Below are positions 11,042 to 17,477 of a stretch of 25,924 nt of DNA, piece after piece. Source of the stretch: Candidatus Subterrananammoxibius californiae (lineage in GTDB: Bacteria; Planctomycetota; Brocadiia; Brocadiales; Subterrananammoxibiaceae); the NCBI GenBank assembly GCA_030586555.1, contig JAURAC010000013.1, positions 50,771-76,694 of the forward strand, given 5' to 3'. The position numbers and the translations under genes were made by a program. The notes under the pieces are model-generated. The model ran no database searches and was not told where the DNA came from. It was given only the letters and a program-made list of their open reading frames with translations. How positions within the stretch are numbered: the first letter of the stretch is position 1; every line of letters starts with the position of its first letter.

Positions 11042-11410
11042 ATGGGAAAAACAATACTAATTGTCGAAGACGAAAAGGATATGCACGACCTCTATTCAGA
11101 CATTTTTGAAGGTACGGATTATAATATCGTCCGTGCATACGATGGGGATGAGGCATTTGAAAAATTGCAAGAGTGCAAACCAAGCATTATCATTCTTGAT
11201 ATAATCCTCGATTTGGTACCTGGCGATACGTTCTTCATGTACTTAAAAAGCATGTCTAATGAATATTCGGGTATCCCGGTAATAATTGCCAGCAGTCTAT
11301 CATCGCACTCTTATAGGAATCTAAAGGAAATTGACCCCCACCTGGTCTTCCTTGAGAAACCTTTTACCAGAGAAAGATTGCTTAAAGAGATAGAAGCAAA
11401 ACTAATGTAG
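11042..11410 (+). CDS. Single-domain response regulator (receiver only), paralog of 8901..9296
   Basis: ILIVEDE, IIILDIILD, PVIIASS, FLEKPF. Confidence 0.92.
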   Translation: MGKTILIVEDEKDMHDLYSDIFEGTDYNIVRAYDGDEAFEKLQECKPSIIILDIILDLVPGDTFFMYLKSMSNEYSGIPVIIASSLSSHSYRNLKEIDPHLVFLEKPFTRERLLKEIEAKLM

Positions 11411-11452
11411 TGTTAGACTATAATAATATACTTACTGAAAGGGATAGTACCT

Positions 11453-11572
11453 ATGACAGATGGAAAAGATAAAACAAAAAAAACATTGATAGTTACGGGA
11501 GCACTTTCTGCCATAGTAATAATAATTCTTATATTAATTTATGTCGTCAAGTTACCATTCTTTGTGAAGTGA
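11453..11572 (+). CDS. Small single-pass membrane protein, 39 aa
   Basis: Below the ORF-track cutoff: MTDGKDKTKKTLIVTGALSAIVIIILILIYVVKLPFFVK*. It has a basic N-terminus, one hydrophobic helix and purine-rich GAAAGGGA upstream. Confidence 0.65.
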   Translation: MTDGKDKTKKTLIVTGALSAIVIIILILIYVVKLPFFVK

Positions 11573-11599
11573 GCCAGATTATAGTAGAGTCTTTATAAG

Positions 11600-11680
11600 G
11601 GGTTGAAAGGCCAGATATGGACGGGGTATCTGGCCTTTCGAGGGGAAAAAGCGCTCCTCTGGAAAGGAGCCCATTTGATA
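11600..11680 (-). ncRNA. Candidate sigma54-dependent small RNA (~80 nt)
   Basis: Lies between a -24/-12 motif (11691-11706, - strand) and the 13-bp stem-loop; contains a GCTCCT/AGGAGC hairpin and a single-stranded UUUUUCCCCUC tract; no convincing ORF downstream on that strand. Confidence 0.45.
11605..11639. terminator. 13-bp perfect stem-loop, probable (possibly bidirectional) terminator
   Basis: GAAAGGCCAGATA-N9-TATCTGGCCTTTC. Confidence 0.65.
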
Positions 11681-11690
11681 AACGTTATAT

Positions 11691-11706
11691 AGCGAACAAC
11701 GTGCCT
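11691..11706 (-). promoter_or_regulatory. Putative sigma54 (-24/-12) promoter
   Basis: Minus strand reads AGGCACGTTGTTCGCT (GG-N10-GC). Upstream DNA is AT-rich and contains an IHF-like TTACAA-N4-TTA at 11758-11770. Confidence 0.55.
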
Positions 11707-11918
11707 ATTAGAAAAAATAAAGTGTTTGGAAAGATAGAAACTTTATAGATAACCCATTTACAAGCAGTTATGTAATTGCATTCTATATCACAAATATTTT
11801 GATAAATCTTTTAATTCCACAAATTGTAAAAATAACCCTCAATAAACGGCTTAAATTCTTAATAGTGGCTGAAATCTTGCACCTTTCTTTTGTAAACGGG
11901 ATGGAGCTAAAAAGGGGG

Positions 11919-11946
11919 GTAGGGACGTAATGTACAGCGCCTCTAC
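11919..11946. repeat. GTAG-type REP-like palindrome
   Basis: GTAGGGACGTAATGTACAGCGCCTCTAC, related to the element at 24065-24092. Confidence 0.6.
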
Positions 11947-11951
11947 CTGTT

Positions 11952-12428
11952 TTATCTGTTATTTGAAATCTGCTGTGTGTTGTTTTTGTTCTCTACAGCT
12001 ACCATCTTACCAAGCCTGCGGATATGCCGTTCTTCCGCTTCAAAAGGTGTGCTAAGCCATAATTTTACCCTTTCCTCAAGAGGGTCCTGTGACGCAACAT
12101 CAGCGCCAATACAAAGCACATTTGAATCATTGTGCTTTCTACTCATTATGGTAGTAAACAAATCATTACCTATTGCAGCCCTAACCCCGTTTACCTTATT
12201 TGCCGTAATGCACATCCCTACACCTGTGCCGCAAATAAGTATTGCACAGTCACATTCTTCATTACTAACAGCCCGTGCGGCTAACAGTGCGTAGTCGGGA
12301 TAATCAACAGACTGCGTATCACTAAAGGTGCCGAAGTCTTTTACGATGTGACCTATCTCCCTGAGAAGACTTGCTATTCTTTCCTTATATTTAAAACCTC
12401 TATGGTCTGCTCCTAACGCAATCCTCAT
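11952..12428 (-). CDS. rpiB: Ribose-5-phosphate isomerase B
   Basis: MRIALGADHRG, SVDYPDYA, ILICGTGVGMCITANKVNGVRAA, HNDSNVLC, RHIRR. Confidence 0.96.
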   Translation of the reverse strand: MRIALGADHRGFKYKERIASLLREIGHIVKDFGTFSDTQSVDYPDYALLAARAVSNEECDCAILICGTGVGMCITANKVNGVRAAIGNDLFTTIMSRKHNDSNVLCIGADVASQDPLEERVKLWLSTPFEAEERHIRRLGKMVAVENKNNTQQISNNR

Positions 12429-13089
12429 AGTTCTTTATTACCTGTTTTTGTTTAAGACAATCGTAAACCATCTCCATTGAAATAACACCGATACGGACGA
12501 CTTCGACCGCATCAGCGCTTGTAACCCTTACAACCGTTGAAGGCGCTTGAAGGCAGGTAACCCCACCATCAAGAATCAACTCAATCCTTCCGCTTAAATC
12601 CCTTATTACTTGTTCAGCATTAATTGGCGGAGGCATTCCTGAAATATTTGCACTTGTGGCAACCACTGGCACCTTGGCAAGCCTTACAATATCCTGGGCA
12701 ACCTTGCTATCAGGAAACCTGAGCCCAACCTCATTGCCACCCTTAATGGTAGGACAGACATTCCTGTCTGTCCTGCCTGGAAGCACTATTGTAAGTGGCC
12801 CAGGCCAGAACGTTTCCATTAACAATTTCGCATTAGGAGGAATTGTTTGCACCCATAATTTTACTCCGTCTAAACTACAAACAAGCAAACTAATTTGTTT
12901 TTCTCTTGGCCTTTGCTTGACCTCATAAAGACGAGCCACTGCTTCTGTATCATCAGCATTTGCGCCAAGTCCATAAACCGTCTCTGTGGGAAAAGCCACC
13001 AAATTCCCGTTCCGTAAGGCATTGGCAGCTTCCTCTATACTCAAAGCATACGACTCATCATCTAACCGCAATACCTTAGTATCCATCAT
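12400..13089 (-). CDS. tsaC: L-threonylcarbamoyladenylate synthase (TsaC/YrdC, single domain)
   Basis: VAFPTETVYGLGA, KQRP, FWPGPLTIVL, TSANISG, PSTVV. Confidence 0.94.
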   Translation of the reverse strand: MMDTKVLRLDDESYALSIEEAANALRNGNLVAFPTETVYGLGANADDTEAVARLYEVKQRPREKQISLLVCSLDGVKLWVQTIPPNAKLLMETFWPGPLTIVLPGRTDRNVCPTIKGGNEVGLRFPDSKVAQDIVRLAKVPVVATSANISGMPPPINAEQVIRDLSGRIELILDGGVTCLQAPSTVVRVTSADAVEVVRIGVISMEMVYDCLKQKQVIKNYEDCVRSRP

Positions 13090-13099
13090 TAGAATAGGT

Positions 13100-13280
13100 C
13101 AGGGTTATGGGTCATAGGTAAATTAGAATTTCCAAATCTCAAGCGCCAAGCTCCAAATAATTTCCAAGTACCAAATTCCAGACTACAAACCGTTTTGGTG
13201 CTTATTTTAAATTTGGTGCTTGGAATTTGGGATTTAGAATTTGTTAACACTTTTGCCTTTTTACCTATCACCTATCACCA
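13100..13280. repeat. Nested heptamer-like inverted repeats in the tsaC leader
   Basis: Outer ggttatgggtcataggt / ttacctatcacctatcacc enclose an inner TCCAAAT-like / ATTTGG-like tract. Confidence 0.65.
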
Positions 13281-13289
13281 AAGTAAGGA

Positions 13290-13318
13290 ATTATACTACT
13301 TCTAAACAAAAATATCAA
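13290..13318 (-). promoter_or_regulatory. Putative sigma70 promoter of tsaC-rpiB
   Basis: Minus strand TTGATA-N17-TATAAT. Confidence 0.7.
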
Positions 13319-13467
13319 TACAACTCTGAAAAACAGTAGTCAGGAGTCATGGAAAATCTTTTATCCTGTCTATATGTATTCTGTCTACTGACTACTGTCT
13401 ACTTATTAACCCGCTCACCCGCCTCTGGCGAGTATGCCTATGCCAGGCAAAATGATAGCCTTTCCTC

Positions 13468-13523
13468 CGAAGCCAGCTTCGCCAAAACTCACGTTTATTG
13501 CCACCTTACCGAAGCGCCCTTCG
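13468..13523. promoter_or_regulatory. Paired palindromes, candidate enhancer (UAS) for the sigma54 activator
   Basis: CGAAGCCAGCTTCG (13468-13481) and CGAAGCGCCCTTCG (13510-13523), 42 bp apart, about 155-210 bp upstream of the -24 box. Confidence 0.55.
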
Positions 13524-13677
13524 TATTCCATCCGCCTCAGGCGGATAATAAAACTATCATTAAAACCCATTGTATGAACTTAATCTGCAACATTAATTAC
13601 AACATATTACAGTATTATCATTTTATAATGCTACATATAGAGGATAGCATTCCTTATGCAATTCCCCCCAGGCGGAC

Positions 13678-13693
13678 TGGCACATTACTTGCA
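13678..13693 (+). promoter_or_regulatory. Sigma54 (-24/-12) promoter of the 13810-22395 operon
   Basis: TGGCACATTACTTGCA matches TGGCAC-N5-TTGCW; IHF-like TTACAA-CATA-TTA at 13597-13609; a sigma54 activator gene lies at the end of the locus. Confidence 0.88.
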
Positions 13694-13748
13694 CATATAC
13701 TGCTCGTGTGGAATAGGCGCCTTCCACCAGAACGATTATAGACTCGAC

Positions 13749-13777
13749 TCGTTCCCACGATCAGCGTGGGAACGAGA
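13749..13777. repeat. REP-like palindrome in the 5' leader of the sigma54 operon
   Basis: CTCGTTCCCACG-ATCAG-CGTGGGAACGAG, perfect 12-bp stem. Confidence 0.7.
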
Positions 13778-13809
13778 CTAACCATTTTTCAAAGAAGGAG
13801 GGTAATACA

Positions 13810-14451
13810 ATGCATGACATAGACCGCACGCAAATGGAGTATGAGCCAGAGGTTGATGCTTTTGAGGCTGATACGTTTGAATTTACAGAGGAAGCAGCGT
13901 TAATCAGCGACACAGAAGCAGAAAGCCCTTTCAGTGAAGAAGAAGAAATGGAGTTAGCATCTGACCTACTCGAAATTACGGACGAAGCCGAACTCGATCA
14001 GTTCCTGGGCAAGTTGATTAAGGGAGCGTGGCGTGGAGTCAAGAAATTTGCCGGGTCTCCCGTTGGTCGAGCATTAGGAGGAATACTTAAGGGCGCTGCC
14101 AAAAAGGCTTTGCCTATCGTAGGAGGTGCTCTCGGTGGTCCAGCTGGCGCTGCGCTGGCGTCAAAAGCTGGGAGCCTGTTTGGCTTGGAGCTTGAAGGGT
14201 TAAGTCCGGAGGACAAGGAGTTTGAAGTGGCGCGGCGATACGTCCGTTTTGCCGGAGAAGCTGCCAAGAAAGCAGCCCTTGCTCCACCCGCCGTTGACCC
14301 GCAGTCAGCAGCGAAGGCAGCGGTTACAGCAGCCGCAAGAAGGCATGCACCTGGATTGCTCCGTCAACCAGCTCCACCCGCGGTTGGCATCACGGGCCTC
14401 AGCGGACGGTGGATCCGTCGTGGTAGAAAAATCATTCTGTTAGGAGTCTAA
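13810..14451 (+). CDS. Hypothetical protein: acidic leader, cationic amphipathic/Gly-rich segment, C-terminal GRWIRRGRKIILLGV motif
   Basis: Strong RBS AAGGAGGG; first gene after the sigma54 promoter; sharply partitioned composition. Confidence 0.85.
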   Translation: MHDIDRTQMEYEPEVDAFEADTFEFTEEAALISDTEAESPFSEEEEMELASDLLEITDEAELDQFLGKLIKGAWRGVKKFAGSPVGRALGGILKGAAKKALPIVGGALGGPAGAALASKAGSLFGLELEGLSPEDKEFEVARRYVRFAGEAAKKAALAPPAVDPQSAAKAAVTAAARRHAPGLLRQPAPPAVGITGLSGRWIRRGRKIILLGV

Positions 14452-14456
14452 TATCC

Positions 14457-15788
14457 ATGGCAACCTATACCATCGCATCATGGCTGTTAGAGCAGGAGGC
14501 GCGTGCGCTACTAACTCGATTGGCACGTGTAAAGCCGTTTGCCCTGCAGGAGACAATGGTCCCGGCAGCGGCGGTCTCACTAACAGCGCAGACGGCAATA
14601 GAGCGCTATCTATCAAAGGGACGCCGCGAATTGCGAGGACTTGTTTATGACTATCTCGGATGGCTGCATGAACCCCAGAGGCGCAATGCGCCGCCAGCCG
14701 AGGCACAGCGCCGGTTCACGTTCCTGCGAATGAGATTTAACGCTGTACTCACACAGTTCGATATCTTCGCTGATGCAATGACCCAGCGCAGTGAGCACGA
14801 GACGGGCGTATGGCTCGCCGGTCTCGATGTAGTGGCAGCCGACGCACTTGTACTGCCGGGACATTATTACAAGGCGCTGCCGGTAGCCTGCTACTTAGAC
14901 CGAGGAGTAGGCGCAGCCATCCGCCGTGCACGCACAAGACTACCAGGCGGCGGAGAGAACCCCGTTGCGATTATTCGCGTTCCACGAGAACGCATGGTCG
15001 GCAGCGGCATAGCCTCCTCACTGGTTCACGAAGTTGGTCACCAGGGTTCTGCACTACTCGATCTTGTCAACTCGTTACGGCCAATGCTAATAGGAATGCA
15101 AAAGAAGGGCGGCAAGGAGGAAATAGCCTGGAGACTGTGGGAGCGCTGGATATCGGAAATATTGGCCGACTTCTGGTCTGTTGCCAGGGTGGGCATTGCC
15201 TCAACGATGGGGCTTATGGGCGTAGTAAGCCTACCGCGAGCCTTTGTATTTCGCATAAACATGGATGACCCGCATCCTCTCCCCTGGATGCGGGTAAAGC
15301 TTAGCTGCGCCATAGGTCATGCGCTATACCCACACCCCCAATGGAACAGGCTGGCTGAATTATGGGAATCGTTCTATCCCCGTGTGGGACTGGACGAGAA
15401 AAGAGAAAACCTTATTGCCATACTGGAGGCGACCATGCCGAGCTTCGTCTCATTATTGGCCAATCACCGACCAAAGGCACTTCGTGGCAGCTCACTGATA
15501 GAGGCTCTGTCTGTAGAGGAACGACAACCTGCGCGGTTATCTGCTTACTATCAGTCGTGGCGCACTGCGCCAACCAGGATGCACACAGCTCCGCCATGTC
15601 TTGTTTTTGCAGTTATCGGGCAGGCAAAGGCAGATGGAAAGATTAATCCGGAAGAAGAAAGCAACATTTTGTCAAATCTACTCACGTACTGGGCAGTACA
15701 AAGGACGTTGAATACTTCCGCTATTTGTGCGAAACGACCCGTAGTTCGAATGCCTGTCCTGAATGTAATGAAGGAACCGCATCAGTAA
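14457..15788 (+). CDS. Putative zinc metallopeptidase-like protein (gluzincin-type HExxH...ExxAD)
   Basis: SLVHEVGHQ followed about 40 aa later by SEILADFW, plus DDPHP; no signal peptide. Confidence 0.6.
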   Translation: MATYTIASWLLEQEARALLTRLARVKPFALQETMVPAAAVSLTAQTAIERYLSKGRRELRGLVYDYLGWLHEPQRRNAPPAEAQRRFTFLRMRFNAVLTQFDIFADAMTQRSEHETGVWLAGLDVVAADALVLPGHYYKALPVACYLDRGVGAAIRRARTRLPGGGENPVAIIRVPRERMVGSGIASSLVHEVGHQGSALLDLVNSLRPMLIGMQKKGGKEEIAWRLWERWISEILADFWSVARVGIASTMGLMGVVSLPRAFVFRINMDDPHPLPWMRVKLSCAIGHALYPHPQWNRLAELWESFYPRVGLDEKRENLIAILEATMPSFVSLLANHRPKALRGSSLIEALSVEERQPARLSAYYQSWRTAPTRMHTAPPCLVFAVIGQAKADGKINPEEESNILSNLLTYWAVQRTLNTSAICAKRPVVRMPVLNVMKEPHQ

Positions 15789-15823
15789 CGTAATTGACCT
15801 TTATTTAACACAAGGAGGATATT

Positions 15824-17464
15824 ATGAAGAAAGAAAAAGGACCACCTGACGAATTAGAAAGTGCAAAACCTATGGAAGGTGCGACGGGAAACTACGTTAG
15901 TAAAGTAGAGATAGTAGGTGAAGTGAAGGGAAAAGCAGACGTGCAAGTGGGGCGTTCGGCTGCTCCTCAAACGAAGGACCAGCCGCTATGGGTGGCAATC
16001 CGAAACCGGCAGAAGGCTATCTCCTTCGGCAATTATAAGGAATTCATCGACAAGGTGTTATGTGAACGCCTGGATAATCCGGAGAGTGGAATACCGTCTC
16101 TAAATGAAAAATCAGCCGAATGCCCCTCGCCAGGAGGTGCAGGGAAGAAAGCCAAAAGGCAGTTAGATGAGCTTTATGTTCCCATCCATGGCGTGGGCGC
16201 CTACGAGTTGCTCAAGACAGCCACCGAAGCCTTCCTGCTTCTAAAATGCGGCGTGGCAATTATAGGAACAGAGGAGTACATGCGTAATTCGGAGAATTGG
16301 GAAACGATGATAATAGACGAAGCAACAGGCACTAAGGTAAAGGTAGATTGGACAAAGAAATTGTTCGAGTCCGAAAAAGAGGCAATCAGGCTCGGCAAGG
16401 GTGAGCAGGTTAACAGCGAGACTTTGTTGGAGTATATGAAAAGGAAATTGGGTGAATACCTCCAGCTCGGCGAGAGCAAACTCCCCTATATTGATAGGGT
16501 CATAAAGGCTGCGTTTCCAGATGAGGAATTTGTGAACCTACCATACTGTTATGGGATACTAACGGCAAAAGCCTTCTGCCCGTGCCTGCTCGAGCTAATC
16601 TGGTCATACTGGCATGAGGAGGGAATGCTGGTACAGAGCCTTAATGCAATCTCTATGCGTTTCCAGAATAAGAGGCTGAGAGCAACCGGCGGAGACCCGC
16701 TGGCTCATATCGAGTTAGACCCCTTGCGTCCGCTTAACAACATACTCTGGGGCTACATCCAGGAGGAGCAACACCGGTTGACGGTTCCAAGACGTACTTA
16801 TGAGTACGACCACCACTACGGCTTGAGACTCTATGGCAAGGCGGTATCCGACCTCCAACCAGCGGATAGTCGTTCGAAGTTCCTTGAGGCGTTCCATAAC
16901 TTACTGTACCGTTGCTCCGCCTTCTTTAAGGAAGATGATAATACCATGGTAATCTCCGATGCGTATCCGGTATTAAATGCGCTCAAGGAGGTTCATCTGT
17001 TACTTGCACAAGGCGCCCACAACCAGTTTGGCGACCTGCCATGGACTGCACGTGTGGAGATGCTTATCCAGCAGTGGATAATGGCAAGACCCGAAATCCG
17101 TGATTTCCTCCAGAGTCGTGCAATGGTGCCTTACAAGGAGGATTGGATGCCACAGGTTGATACTATGAAGAAGTTGCAGGGGTGGACGGACACGACCGTT
17201 ACCCATTTCGGCGACCTCGGTGTGTTCGGTGAACAAATCCTTCTTTCAATTCGGTATGGTGATTGGATTGACGTTACCGACCAAATGCAGGCAAAAAATT
17301 GGGCGCGCTACTGGAGACCAGAGATACAGGGTTACATCCATGGCTATCGCATCGTTACGGGCGTGGATCTAACGTTAAAACTTGTCAAGGGCGAAGCGGT
17401 GGACTCTACCATGCCCTCGGTTCACCTGAGCAAGAGACTGGCATTGCAACAACAGAAGGTGTGA
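15824..17464 (+). CDS. Hypothetical protein (546 aa), no family recognised
   Basis: Long ORF with strong RBS AAGGAGG; C-terminal half rich in W/H/Y/E; no signal peptide or TM segment. Confidence 0.85.
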   Translation: MKKEKGPPDELESAKPMEGATGNYVSKVEIVGEVKGKADVQVGRSAAPQTKDQPLWVAIRNRQKAISFGNYKEFIDKVLCERLDNPESGIPSLNEKSAECPSPGGAGKKAKRQLDELYVPIHGVGAYELLKTATEAFLLLKCGVAIIGTEEYMRNSENWETMIIDEATGTKVKVDWTKKLFESEKEAIRLGKGEQVNSETLLEYMKRKLGEYLQLGESKLPYIDRVIKAAFPDEEFVNLPYCYGILTAKAFCPCLLELIWSYWHEEGMLVQSLNAISMRFQNKRLRATGGDPLAHIELDPLRPLNNILWGYIQEEQHRLTVPRRTYEYDHHYGLRLYGKAVSDLQPADSRSKFLEAFHNLLYRCSAFFKEDDNTMVISDAYPVLNALKEVHLLLAQGAHNQFGDLPWTARVEMLIQQWIMARPEIRDFLQSRAMVPYKEDWMPQVDTMKKLQGWTDTTVTHFGDLGVFGEQILLSIRYGDWIDVTDQMQAKNWARYWRPEIQGYIHGYRIVTGVDLTLKLVKGEAVDSTMPSVHLSKRLALQQQKV

Positions 17465-17477
17465 GGACGAATCGCTT

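Noticed and set aside
13089..13271. 60-aa ORF upstream of tsaC (and 1878..2072)
   Set aside because: These are translations of heptamer-repeat hairpins (SKSQIPSTK, FGIW-like) with no other support.
13349..13741. 130-aa ORF upstream of the sigma54 operon
   Set aside because: It runs through heptamer repeats, the palindromes, the AT-rich tract and the -24/-12 box, and has no protein-like features.
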